Under the pieces are notes generated by a model that saw only the letters and a program-made list of their open reading frames with translations, made no database searches and had not been told where the DNA came from. The position numbers were made by a program, and so were the translations under genes. DNA of 57,453 nt from an uncultured virus (IMG/VR IMGVR_UViG_3300045996_004413) (taxonomy: Duplodnaviria > Heunggongvirae > Uroviricota > Caudoviricetes). Of this stretch, positions 45,031 to 54,553 are shown one piece after another; positions within the stretch are counted from its first letter, which is position 1; every line of letters begins with the position of its first letter. Location: IMG/VR virus record IMGVR_UViG_3300045996_004413; one strand, 5' to 3'.

Positions 45031-45446
45031 TGACAGTCGCCGCGACCCGTGGCTTACTTAAGCCCTTGGCCCCCGACGATCGAATCGGCTGGCTGAGGGA
45101 GCACACAATCCTGAGGCAACTGGAGCGCGAGATGCACGTGAGTGCGTACGAGCTTCAGTTTCAGCGGGAGATTGCTGGGATGCAGTTTCCCTTCCACGAC
45201 AAGGAAGGGAAGGTATACACCCACCACCGCGAGTCGTCGCAGAAGGTCTTCTACCGGTACCTGGCCAACCTGCAGCCCTGGGTCAACTGGCAGGCGGAAG
45301 TCGAGAGGGTCGAGAAAGAGGAGTACCAGAAGGACGTCGACCTCTGGGAGAACAACTTCGGCAAGATGGACGACCCGGAAGTCGTCGCCGAGGTCGACAG
45401 ACTTGTGGAGCACCTGAAGAATCCCCCGGCCCCGAAGGACGAGTAG
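45030..45446 (+). CDS. Tail assembly chaperone T-like segment, probably expressed as a G-T frameshift fusion
   Basis: Lies in the -1 frame relative to the upstream gene, immediately before the tape measure. Confidence 0.65.
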   Translation: MTVAATRGLLKPLAPDDRIGWLREHTILRQLEREMHVSAYELQFQREIAGMQFPFHDKEGKVYTHHRESSQKVFYRYLANLQPWVNWQAEVERVEKEEYQKDVDLWENNFGKMDDPEVVAEVDRLVEHLKNPPAPKDE

Positions 45447-45447
45447 C

Positions 45448-48219
45448 ATGTCAGAAGATTTTGGATTTTACGGCAGCGGCGGCGGGGAAGTTCCCTACAA
45501 CATGTCGAACCCCTCATGGTCCAACCCCGGCATGGGGTATGGACGAGCGTTCGAAAACGCCATCCGTACCGGCACCGGCGGCCACCGCCCGGGGGGCATG
45601 GAAGGCCTGGCCTCGATGGTCGGCATGATGTTCCCCGGCCTGCAGCCGTTTCTCCCCACTGGCGGCACGTTCTCTCCCGTGGGCCGTGCGATCACCGAAC
45701 AGCGTTTCCAGGACATGGCCAAGCTCCGCGGGATGCTCACCAGCCAAAACGACTTCGACATGCAGCAGCGAACGGAGACGCACTACCGCATGCAGGCGGC
45801 GCTGGGCATCGACTCGCGATCCGCGGCCGAAACGTGGGCCGCAGGCAGCCTCGCGGTTACCCGCAACCCAGCCATGGCCGCGGTGATGAGTCAAAACCCG
45901 GGCCTCGCCCAGATGATCGAACGCTTCGATCCCAACGGCTCGACGTGGGCCGCTGGCGCTGCCCCCACGATGTACCTGGGCACCCGTCACCTGGGAAACG
46001 TCTCCACCGAGAACGTCTTTGCGATGACCGAGGCGATGGCCCGCCGCTACCAGTACGCCCCAGGCACCGCCCTTGCCGGCGTCACCGATCGCTCCTTCAG
46101 CTACGGCCTGAACCAACGTGAGATAGCCGAGACCATGAATCAGGGCTTTCAAAATCACGTGCTCAACGCCCAGGTCGCCTCTGGCTCCGCGCTCGCAGAT
46201 CCCATGCGGCAAGCCTTGCTTGCCGGCGGGGCGCCATCACACATCACCGCCGGTCTTGCAGGCATGCAGACCGAGAGCCAGCAGCAGTTCGCCAAGCAGG
46301 CGCAGCAATATGCTGCCCTCACCTCCAGCCTCAAGGACCTGTTCGGAGCCGACGCCCCAATCCCCGAGCTGTACAAGAACCTGCAGTCCATGACCATGGG
46401 CGGCATGAACGACATCAGCGTGAGCGACCTGCGGACGCTGGTCGACAAGGTCAAAATGCTCACGACCAAATCCAACCTCTCGGTCGAAGCCATGACCGCC
46501 GTGGTTGCCCAGGGCGCCATGTTCGCCAAGCAGATCGGCTTACCCGGCGTCGCCGGGGCAAACATGGCAATCGCCGCAATCCAGACCGGCGATGTCGTGA
46601 TGAACAACCGGGAACAGGCAGCGGTCTGGGGCCAGGCAGACGATGCCACCATGCGGGCGTTCATCGCCCGGGCGCAAGGTGACGTCACCGCCTCCTCCGG
46701 CGGCTCGGCCATGACCGGAATCATCCGGATGCGAGAGATGATCAAGCGGAACGGCGGCGACACCAAGAAGCTCGATGATCTTGCGGGCAAGATCCAAAGC
46801 GGCAATCTCAAGGACGAGGATCTCGCGAAGCTGGGAGACGTGCAGGGGCTTGCCGGAAGCCTTGCGGGCGTTGGCGGCCTCTCCAGCGGCGACTGGATGG
46901 CAGCTCTGACCAATGACCGCGCCAACGCGGAATACATCCCCCAGGCGTCTGCGGGAATCGCAGCGGCAACCCGGGATCGTAACCGCAGCCTGGCTCGCAA
47001 TGCCCTCGCAGGTATGGAGGGCCGCCTGAGTGCTCGCGGCTTGAACTCCGAAGAGGTCTTAGCCGCCCTCTCAAGCGCGGACAACTCAGTAGAAGATCGC
47101 CGTAAAAAGCTCGCCGGGCTGCTGCAACGAGCCAACCCCAACGCCTCGACGTCGGATATCGCAACGCAGGCGGCAAGCCTGTACGAGGAGTTCAACAACA
47201 CCGCTTACAACTACACCAACAAGCAGGTCAACGGAAACGACCTGCTCAACACCTTCAGCAACGAAACCACGGCGGCGGCTGCAAAAGCCGACGCGGAAAC
47301 CAACCAGAAGCTGCTGGTGGAACGCCGTGCTAAGGATCTGGGCATCGGCGCTCAGGGGCCGCTGGCCGCACGCATGGTCTCCCTGCTCACGTCGGACACA
47401 CCGGTGGATACCACCAAGTTCCTTGGCACCCTGCTGGGCATGAACAATGACCAGGAGCGGGCGGCGGTCGTGAGCATGCTCCGGGGCGGGACCGGGGGCA
47501 AGGAATCCATGGACCACGTGAAATCGCTCATCGACCGCACCAAGGTCCTGGGCGAAAAGATCAAGGCGGGCGACGCCAGCGAGGCCGACAAGAAGGAATA
47601 CCGCGAGATCGAAAAAGACCTGGAGTCCACGCTGAACAGCAACGAGATGAAGCTGCTGGGCACGACCGACCTGCAGCGGCAGGCGGACGCTCTCATGGGC
47701 GGCCTGCGGTTCGTCGCGGAGTCCAAGAACGGCACCACCGAAGCGCTGGACAACCAGCTCAAGAAACAAAAGGAGTTCTACTCCAGCGCCGAGGGCAAGA
47801 AGTACCTCGAAGCCCAGGCCCAGTTGTACAACGCCCGCACCGGCCAGAAGGTATCCGCCGACGAACTCGGCAAGTCGCTCATCGGCGACATCCAGGGAAT
47901 CATCGATTCCAAGGCTGATGTCGCCAGCCGCAGCAAGATGGCACAGGACCTGGTGGGCAAATACGGCAAGAACCTCTCGAGCATCGAGCACCGTGACAAG
48001 GACGGCAAAATCGACTCCAACCTTACCCACGGTCACGAAATCGAGGCGATCGATCCCAACGCCGGAGGCGACGGGAGCAAGGTCAAGAGCCTCACCGCCG
48101 GGTCTATCACCGTTACCGGGGACATTATCGTCCAAGGACGAACCCGCGAAGATTCTCGCGCCGGGATACAGGACGGCCTGCGGCATGACTCCAGCGCTAT
48201 CCCCAGCGGCTTCGCCTAA
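45448..48219 (+). CDS. Tape measure protein (923 aa)
   Basis: Long Ala/Gly/Met-rich helical protein directly after the frameshifting chaperone pair; Cys-free. Confidence 0.8.
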   Translation: MSEDFGFYGSGGGEVPYNMSNPSWSNPGMGYGRAFENAIRTGTGGHRPGGMEGLASMVGMMFPGLQPFLPTGGTFSPVGRAITEQRFQDMAKLRGMLTSQNDFDMQQRTETHYRMQAALGIDSRSAAETWAAGSLAVTRNPAMAAVMSQNPGLAQMIERFDPNGSTWAAGAAPTMYLGTRHLGNVSTENVFAMTEAMARRYQYAPGTALAGVTDRSFSYGLNQREIAETMNQGFQNHVLNAQVASGSALADPMRQALLAGGAPSHITAGLAGMQTESQQQFAKQAQQYAALTSSLKDLFGADAPIPELYKNLQSMTMGGMNDISVSDLRTLVDKVKMLTTKSNLSVEAMTAVVAQGAMFAKQIGLPGVAGANMAIAAIQTGDVVMNNREQAAVWGQADDATMRAFIARAQGDVTASSGGSAMTGIIRMREMIKRNGGDTKKLDDLAGKIQSGNLKDEDLAKLGDVQGLAGSLAGVGGLSSGDWMAALTNDRANAEYIPQASAGIAAATRDRNRSLARNALAGMEGRLSARGLNSEEVLAALSSADNSVEDRRKKLAGLLQRANPNASTSDIATQAASLYEEFNNTAYNYTNKQVNGNDLLNTFSNETTAAAAKADAETNQKLLVERRAKDLGIGAQGPLAARMVSLLTSDTPVDTTKFLGTLLGMNNDQERAAVVSMLRGGTGGKESMDHVKSLIDRTKVLGEKIKAGDASEADKKEYREIEKDLESTLNSNEMKLLGTTDLQRQADALMGGLRFVAESKNGTTEALDNQLKKQKEFYSSAEGKKYLEAQAQLYNARTGQKVSADELGKSLIGDIQGIIDSKADVASRSKMAQDLVGKYGKNLSSIEHRDKDGKIDSNLTHGHEIEAIDPNAGGDGSKVKSLTAGSITVTGDIIVQGRTREDSRAGIQDGLRHDSSAIPSGFA

Positions 48220-48228
48220 TGGTAGACT
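48220..48228 (+). promoter_or_regulatory. Extended -10 promoter for a leaderless transcript
   Basis: TGG-TAGACT, 6 nt, then ATG 48235; no SD. Confidence 0.55.
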
Positions 48229-48234
48229 TGAGCT

Positions 48235-48849
48235 ATGGCAAAGATTTTCGTCAATAACGTTGGCCGCATCGGAGTCATCCGCGAGGGTGGTCTCCCGGGG
48301 ATCGTCAAGATCGATGGCTGGTCTGCGTCCGCCTGTCTCATTACGCGGCTGGGCGTGGCGCAACGGTCCAACATCCAGATCCAGCCGGCCCTCCGCAACG
48401 GCATCTACGTGTACGCCTTCGGAGACGGCATGGGCGAGCTGCAGGTAGGCGGCGTGTGCTTCATCGGCGACATCTGCAATGGTGCGCAGGGGGCCGCTGA
48501 CGGCGTGCAGCAGGCCTTGCAGTTTTACGCCCGCAACCGGGTGGCGAAAACCCTAACCCACGTAAACGTCACCATCGGCCGCACCCCCTTCTCCGGATTC
48601 CTCGTGGGCGTACAACTCGGCACCGAAAGCGCCGAAAACCGAATCTTTACCTGGCAACTGTCTTTCGCGTCCCTGCCCAACTTCGAAGGACTTGCCTCGG
48701 GTCTCAGCGACGAGGGGCCAGGCGCCGCGCTCACCACCACCGGTGCATCAAGCTCAAGCTCGGGCTTTTCCTTAACCAGCACGGGCAGTGGGACAGGCGG
48801 CCGCGGGCGAAACAACAACGGAAACACGCTCGCTTTCTTGAGGGGTTGA
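48235..48849 (+). CDS. Putative baseplate / tube-initiator protein (204 aa)
   Basis: Tube-like fold pattern (NIQIQPALRNGIYVYAFGDGMGELQVGG); first gene after the tape measure. Confidence 0.5.
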   Translation: MAKIFVNNVGRIGVIREGGLPGIVKIDGWSASACLITRLGVAQRSNIQIQPALRNGIYVYAFGDGMGELQVGGVCFIGDICNGAQGAADGVQQALQFYARNRVAKTLTHVNVTIGRTPFSGFLVGVQLGTESAENRIFTWQLSFASLPNFEGLASGLSDEGPGAALTTTGASSSSSGFSLTSTGSGTGGRGRNNNGNTLAFLRG

Positions 48850-49610
48850 CCATTATTAACCACGCTCGCACCCTTCTCCTGAACCGCAGCCGCGACCAAC
48901 TCGCAGGCACGTGGGACCAGTATGTCGATCCGCTGTTTATCCAGCAGGAGTTGCCCCCGCACCTGACATCGGTGTGGACGATCCTGTTTGGCGCCGAGCC
49001 GGACCGGGAAATGCTCAATTGGCGGGCCAACCAGTACATGCAGATTCTTCACAGCTCCGAATACGCTGCATATGTAACGGAACTGGATTCCCGCATCTCG
49101 TATCGCATCCCCACCAAGCTCGACGCCGACGAATTGCCCGTGGTCACCGTCGAAGCCTCCAACGGCGACGCCTCGACGATCTCCGTGATCGGCACGCCCC
49201 GGGACGACCCTGTCGCCGGCCGCCTCAGCCGCCACATGCTGATTCGCAAAGAGTCCTCAACCAGCGCCTCCTACGTCGACCTTCGAACAGGGCAGGGAGA
49301 CACAGTGACGATCGGGCCTGCGCACTCGCCGCTGACACCGTCGGGATTGTCCTTCCTGATCAACGGCGGATCCACCAACGACACGTGGGAGGTAAGCACC
49401 ATGAGCGCCCCCAGCCGTGGCATGATCGATATCGTGCGAAGCCTCGAGGCAGTGTCCAGCTCCTACATGCTTACGCTTTTCCGCCCCAGCCTCGGCGACC
49501 CGTATTACTCGTTCTACCGCCTCTGGTCTGATTCCCGCGGTTTTACCCTGCGGCTTACCGGCCTGTTGTTGGCGTGGATCTACCAGGCGGAGAAACTGCG
49601 AAATGGCTGA
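48846..49610 (+). CDS. Hypothetical baseplate-module protein (254 aa)
   Basis: TTG start overlapping the upstream stop; continuous packing. Confidence 0.7.
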   Translation: MTIINHARTLLLNRSRDQLAGTWDQYVDPLFIQQELPPHLTSVWTILFGAEPDREMLNWRANQYMQILHSSEYAAYVTELDSRISYRIPTKLDADELPVVTVEASNGDASTISVIGTPRDDPVAGRLSRHMLIRKESSTSASYVDLRTGQGDTVTIGPAHSPLTPSGLSFLINGGSTNDTWEVSTMSAPSRGMIDIVRSLEAVSSSYMLTLFRPSLGDPYYSFYRLWSDSRGFTLRLTGLLLAWIYQAEKLRNG

Positions 49611-51387
49611 GACTTCCTATTTCCTCTCCAAGGTCGAGTGCTGGCTGGAGGTCACGACCGCTAACGGGATCGTGGAAGTGCCCGTGCAGTCTGCCCGCGT
49701 CGCGTTCTCACTGAACATGATCCCGGCAGCCAGCGTCACGCTGGCCGTGGGCGTCAACGCAGCCTCGCCCAGCTCCAAGTCGGGGGCTCACAAGCTCGGG
49801 GACATCAAGCGTGGAACCCGGGCCCGCATTATGTGCCAGATCGCAGGTAACGCCGGCAAGCTCGACGGCAAACGCGTCAGTTGGCCTGCAGCCCCCTTTG
49901 CGATCTTTGACGGCGCTATCACCACCGGCGCCCCCGAGGTCGGCAACGGCCTGCGGTCCACGATCGGCCTCACCCACTGGCTTAACGTGCTCGACGAGAC
50001 CCACTGGATGAGTTGCCTGCTGGACGTCTCGGCCCCCGAGTCGCTGGTGCAGGCCGTCGGGATACAGCCGCCGAACATGAACTTGAACGTGCCGATTTTC
50101 TTCCTCGACATCTTCCAGAAAAATGCGGTCGCCAATTACAAGAAAGACCTGTGGGGGGCGTCGATCAAGCCCATGCTGATCAAGCTGGCAGAGAACGACA
50201 CCTCCACGGTCAGTTCGCTTCGCAAGAAGACCACCTTTCTCAAGTCATTGCTGGGGGAAGACCTGCCCAACAAGGAAGCCGCTGAAGCCCTTAAGCGGAT
50301 GGATGATCCCAAGCACATCAAGCCCGGCACGCTTCCCTTGCTGTCCGGGATGGAGGATCCCGGTGGCCAGATTTCCTCGAAATTTATCGGCGCCCTCGGG
50401 CTTACCTTCTGGTCGCTGAACGGCTCTCCCACGCTGTGGTCCAAGATCCTGCGGTTTGCCAAGTACAACCAGGCCGCGATCGTGCCTACTGTCGAGACCG
50501 CCACGATCGTGCCCTTTGTCCCCACGTTGAACAAAAAGTGGCTGACGCTGGAAGAAGACGATATCTGGGCGATCGCCGCCAACTCGTTTATCCCCCGGAT
50601 GTGGCGTGGCGTCGCCCTCCTGCCGCGAGGCGCCTCCCCCTGGAGCAGCGCCGCGGCCAAGGGGAACGAGCCGGCGATGGCCTGTGCGCTGGCGGGCCTG
50701 TACGACGTTGTGCTCGACGGCATCCCCAAGGACCTGCTGGGCAAATCCGCAGGTACCATGAAATTCGACTACGCCCCGCCCTGGCTGCAGAACGACATCA
50801 TGCGGCCGGTGGACCAGTACGGCGCCGCGATCCGCACGGCCCTGAACCCGGCCGCCAAGCCCAAGGGAAACGCCAACTCCCTGAAGATCGGGGTGGAGGC
50901 GTATCAGAAGATCGGCGACGCGATCGCCAAGGGCATCTTCATGCAGGAGGTGTTCAAGGCCCGCGGCGGGGCAGTCGCCACCCGCCTGCGCTTTGACATC
51001 GCCCCAGGCTCGATCATTCGCTTCCGCGGCGGCAACAAGGGGTTTAACGTCCCTGGCTACACCGCCGAAGGTGTCGTCGCCATGGTATCCGCCGTCCGGA
51101 TCTCAATCGAAAGCAGCGCCGGAGGCGGTGGTCGCTGCGGCACCACCCTGGACTTCACCCACATGCGGCTGGACCATGAGTCACCCTTCACCATGGACGC
51201 CCACCCGTTCTTTGGCAATAGCTGGCCCGGCGGTCCGCTGGTCAACCTCCCGGGCCTTACCCCGGAACTGGGCAACACAAGTCCTGCAGACTCTGACAGC
51301 AACGGCAAGGGCGGGGGCAGCCCTTTTGACGGTTCGGACGCAGATACCAACGATGCCCTCTCGCAAGATGGCACAGGTGAGCCGTAA
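49603..51387 (+). CDS. Putative baseplate hub protein (gp27/Mu gp44-like, 594 aa)
   Basis: VQSARVAFSLNMIPAASVTL, IFDGAIT and RFDIAPGSIIRF patterns typical of hub beta-barrels. Confidence 0.55.
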   Translation: MAETSYFLSKVECWLEVTTANGIVEVPVQSARVAFSLNMIPAASVTLAVGVNAASPSSKSGAHKLGDIKRGTRARIMCQIAGNAGKLDGKRVSWPAAPFAIFDGAITTGAPEVGNGLRSTIGLTHWLNVLDETHWMSCLLDVSAPESLVQAVGIQPPNMNLNVPIFFLDIFQKNAVANYKKDLWGASIKPMLIKLAENDTSTVSSLRKKTTFLKSLLGEDLPNKEAAEALKRMDDPKHIKPGTLPLLSGMEDPGGQISSKFIGALGLTFWSLNGSPTLWSKILRFAKYNQAAIVPTVETATIVPFVPTLNKKWLTLEEDDIWAIAANSFIPRMWRGVALLPRGASPWSSAAAKGNEPAMACALAGLYDVVLDGIPKDLLGKSAGTMKFDYAPPWLQNDIMRPVDQYGAAIRTALNPAAKPKGNANSLKIGVEAYQKIGDAIAKGIFMQEVFKARGGAVATRLRFDIAPGSIIRFRGGNKGFNVPGYTAEGVVAMVSAVRISIESSAGGGGRCGTTLDFTHMRLDHESPFTMDAHPFFGNSWPGGPLVNLPGLTPELGNTSPADSDSNGKGGGSPFDGSDADTNDALSQDGTGEP

Positions 51388-51389
51388 GC

Positions 51390-51398
51390 TGCTAGAAT
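51390..51398 (+). promoter_or_regulatory. Extended -10 promoter for a leaderless sigma-factor transcript
   Basis: TGC-TAGAAT, 6 nt, then ATG 51405; no SD. Confidence 0.55.
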
Positions 51399-51404
51399 GC
51401 ACTT

Positions 51405-52112
51405 ATGGCTCAGCCCGACCAGATCCAACCTCTCTTCGATGCCTGGCGTACAAGCCCGCATCCGCAGAACGCCACCCGCGTTTTAGACGCCATGTCCAAC
51501 CACATGGATCACGCGATTCAGACGTTCGGCGGGCAACCCTCGCCCCTGACCCGGGGCCTGGCCAAGCAGGTCACCCTGGACGCCATGAAGACCTTCGACC
51601 CCAAGGGCGGGGCGTCTTTTAAGTCGTGGGCCCAGACGCAGTACCAACGGCTCGCCCGTCCTATCCGCAGCACAAAATTCACCATGCGGGTGCCGGAGAT
51701 GCGGGCTCGGGAAGCCCACCGGGTCCGCGGCATCATCAGCGAGCTGGAAGCCGAAACCGGTTTTGAGCCCAGCGACGGCGAGATCTCCGAAAAGCTCGGC
51801 ATCCCGCTTCACCGCGTCCAGGTGGCCCGCCGCAGTACCGCCCCGGAGGTGGTCTCCAACGATCTCGACACCACGCAGAACCACAGCCCCAACGAAGACT
51901 CCAAGCTCATTCATGACATGGTCTATTACTCCTTGCCGCCCAAGGACCAGGTCATCATGGAATACATCTTTGGCTACAACGGCGTGAAGCCGAAATCCGG
52001 CATCGACGTCGCCCAAAAACTGCGGATCACCCCCGCTGCTGTCAGCCAGCGCGTCGCCAAGATCCGGGCCATGCTGCAGCAGGCGGAGGAGGTATCCAAT
52101 GGCCCAGTCTGA
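51405..52112 (+). CDS. Sigma-70 family RNA polymerase sigma factor (group 3 / FliA-WhiG-like architecture, divergent)
   Basis: Region 2 AMKTFDPKGGASFKSWA; region 3 EPSDGEISEKLGIPLHRV; region 4 LPPKDQVIMEYIFG...DVAQKLRITPAAVSQRVAKIR. Confidence 0.88.
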   Translation: MAQPDQIQPLFDAWRTSPHPQNATRVLDAMSNHMDHAIQTFGGQPSPLTRGLAKQVTLDAMKTFDPKGGASFKSWAQTQYQRLARPIRSTKFTMRVPEMRAREAHRVRGIISELEAETGFEPSDGEISEKLGIPLHRVQVARRSTAPEVVSNDLDTTQNHSPNEDSKLIHDMVYYSLPPKDQVIMEYIFGYNGVKPKSGIDVAQKLRITPAAVSQRVAKIRAMLQQAEEVSNGPV

Positions 52113-52521
52113 TCCCACGATTTATCCCCAGTTCAAGGACCTGATCAACACCCTCGTTGAGCACACCCGCACCGGCTTTAAGGCGAGCAAGAACGACGTC
52201 CAGCCCAAGTGGTTTGAACCCTCGGAAGACACCAGCTCGCGCATCAAGCTCACCGAGAAACTGGACCGCAAGGAGATCAACGAGGCGTACAAGGTCGCCA
52301 TGGAAAAAGCCGGCGATACGTCGGAGGCGGCCGCACAAGTCATGGCCTTGCAGCACGACTTCATCGCCGGCGCCGCCCGCGACTTGTTCCACCGTCGGCG
52401 AGGCCGTTTGCACCGCCTGGCTGCTCGGACCTCCGTCTACGAGGGGTTGCAGCACGATCGCGGCGTCCTGCGGGAAACGGTTACCGGCTACCTGCAAGGG
52501 ATCATTGAGAACAACCCATGA
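52099..52521 (+). CDS. Hypothetical protein (140 aa)
   Basis: GGAGG SD; overlaps the sigma stop. Confidence 0.75.
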   Translation: MAQSDPTIYPQFKDLINTLVEHTRTGFKASKNDVQPKWFEPSEDTSSRIKLTEKLDRKEINEAYKVAMEKAGDTSEAAAQVMALQHDFIAGAARDLFHRRRGRLHRLAARTSVYEGLQHDRGVLRETVTGYLQGIIENNP

Positions 52522-52955
52522 TCGAGCTCGGAAGAGATTACGACATCTACCTCCTTGGCAACACTGTCAAAGGACAGCTCGACATGCGCGTCAACAAGGA
52601 CGGGCTGCTCGCATTCGGGCCCGCGGCGGCAGTCCAGAAGTTCCTGGCCAACTTCCTGCTGACCCGCGGAACCGATGTCACCAGCCCCTCTCGCGGCACG
52701 CTGTTCATGCGGCAACTGGTTTCCGGCCAACTCCGCACCGAGTCGCAGGTCACCATGGCCTTCGCCACCGCCGCCCACGACACGCTGCTGTACCTCGCGG
52801 GTATCCGCGGGGTCGACGCGGACCCGGACGAAGAACCCGTGGCCGTGGAAGTCGAACACGTAGTCGTCGCGGTTAACTCGGTCTCCGTAGAAGCAAGCCT
52901 GCGGACGGCCGCCGGTCGGACACTTAACTTTTCGGTACCCCTAAGCCTCGGGTGA
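52518..52955 (+). CDS. Baseplate wedge subunit (gp25/gp46-like)
   Basis: VQKFLANFLLTRGTD...RGTLF motif; directly upstream of baseplate J. Confidence 0.65.
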   Translation: MIELGRDYDIYLLGNTVKGQLDMRVNKDGLLAFGPAAAVQKFLANFLLTRGTDVTSPSRGTLFMRQLVSGQLRTESQVTMAFATAAHDTLLYLAGIRGVDADPDEEPVAVEVEHVVVAVNSVSVEASLRTAAGRTLNFSVPLSLG

Positions 52956-54553
52956 GACTCATGGCCCAAGATGTGACATTTGCGGGATTGGATCCTGTCG
53001 CCGTCGACGAATATGCCGACTTGCTCGCGACCCTGCTGCGGGAGGCCTACCCCTCGTTGAACTTCAACAAGGGCTCGATGCTGTACGAGTTGGTGGTGTC
53101 CAAGGCTTCCGCGATGCATGTGTACGAGGGCACGCCCCTGTCGCAGCTCCGGGACAACTGGAACATGATCGCGGTGAAGGCAAGCCCCAACGACGTCGAC
53201 CCCACGCTCGTGGACCAGATCCTGTCGAACCTGAACGTGGAGCGGTCTCCGGGCGTCGCGGCGTCCGGCGAAGTCGAAGTCATCGTGAGCACCAATGCCC
53301 CGCTCACCGTCACCGCAGGCACCAATTTCCTCGCCGGCACGGTACGGTTTCAAAACGTAGTCGACGTGGTGGTGGTAGCCAGCGAAGCTGACGCCACGAA
53401 CTCCACCGACAAAGTCTTCGCCCGCCGCACCAATGGCACGTACTCCTTTCGCGTGCCGGTGGTGGCCAACGAAGCGGGTTCAGACGGCAACATCGGGCAA
53501 GGCACCGCCATCGCCATGTCGCCGCCTCCCACGTTCTTCGTATCGGCAACCGTAGCGGCCGACTTCGGCGGCGGGTCGGACGTTGAAACCAACGCCGAGG
53601 TCATCGCCCGCATCCCCTCTCGCCTCTCTGGCCGGCTCCTGTCGAGCCCCAGCAACGCAGCGGCCCTGCTGCTTAACAACTTCCAGAGTGCCACCGCGGC
53701 CTCCATCGTCGGGGCTGCGGACCCCGAGATGACCCGCGACCAGGTTTCCCTGCTGGGGGTCTCGGTCGGGGGCAAGGCCGATCTTTACCTGCGGGCACAA
53801 AACGCCGTCGGCGTCTCGGTCATCACGGTCACCGCAGAGCGAACTAACAGCGACACCAACACCTACGAGATCGTGCTGGGCCGCGACGTGACAGCCGGGG
53901 CTTACCGCGTCGTGTCAGTTGTTCCCCAGGGAGCAGCGGCGACCGGGAACGAACTGGGCATCGTGTCGGAGGTGTGGGGTTTCGACAACACTGGAAACCC
54001 ACCTGTCCCGTACATCGCCAGCGCAGCAGACGCCGCGTTCTCCATGTACCAGACCGTCACGATCACCTTCACCGACCCGGCGAACAAGGGCACGTACGAC
54101 GTTCGCCTGCTGCAGATGCAGCTGATCGACTCCGCCCAGGCCTTCTGCCTGGCCGACACGCGAAGGGATCCGCTGGGGGACTGGCTTGTGCGGGCGCCGG
54201 TGCCGGTGCTCACAGGCGTCTCCTTGAAAATCTGTGTCCCCGCCGGCGAGACCGTCGACGTGGACCGCATCAAGGACGCGGCCGCGGCCGCCGTCTGCAA
54301 CCGCAGCTTCTGCGGCGAATTGAACGCAAGCACGCTGATCACCACGGTCGACGCCGTGCTTCCGCCTGACGCTTACGTGGCGATGCCCGTGGACATGGTC
54401 GGAGAAATTATCCCGCCCTCCCGCGAGTCCAAGTGGCTGCGATCTGCGCACGCCCTGGTCGTGCCCTATGAGCCGGCCCTGGGCATTTCCAAGAAAACCG
54501 TGGCGTTCTTCGCCAACGCTGATGACATCGATGTCCAGGTGGAGACCGTCTGA
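52952..54553 (+). CDS. Baseplate J-like (gp47/gp6) wedge protein
   Basis: SNLNVERSPGVAASGEV, TVTAGTNF, VANEAGSDGNI and GGSDVETNAEVIARI motifs; start may be ATG 52961. Confidence 0.88.
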   Translation: MRLMAQDVTFAGLDPVAVDEYADLLATLLREAYPSLNFNKGSMLYELVVSKASAMHVYEGTPLSQLRDNWNMIAVKASPNDVDPTLVDQILSNLNVERSPGVAASGEVEVIVSTNAPLTVTAGTNFLAGTVRFQNVVDVVVVASEADATNSTDKVFARRTNGTYSFRVPVVANEAGSDGNIGQGTAIAMSPPPTFFVSATVAADFGGGSDVETNAEVIARIPSRLSGRLLSSPSNAAALLLNNFQSATAASIVGAADPEMTRDQVSLLGVSVGGKADLYLRAQNAVGVSVITVTAERTNSDTNTYEIVLGRDVTAGAYRVVSVVPQGAAATGNELGIVSEVWGFDNTGNPPVPYIASAADAAFSMYQTVTITFTDPANKGTYDVRLLQMQLIDSAQAFCLADTRRDPLGDWLVRAPVPVLTGVSLKICVPAGETVDVDRIKDAAAAAVCNRSFCGELNASTLITTVDAVLPPDAYVAMPVDMVGEIIPPSRESKWLRSAHALVVPYEPALGISKKTVAFFANADDIDVQVETV

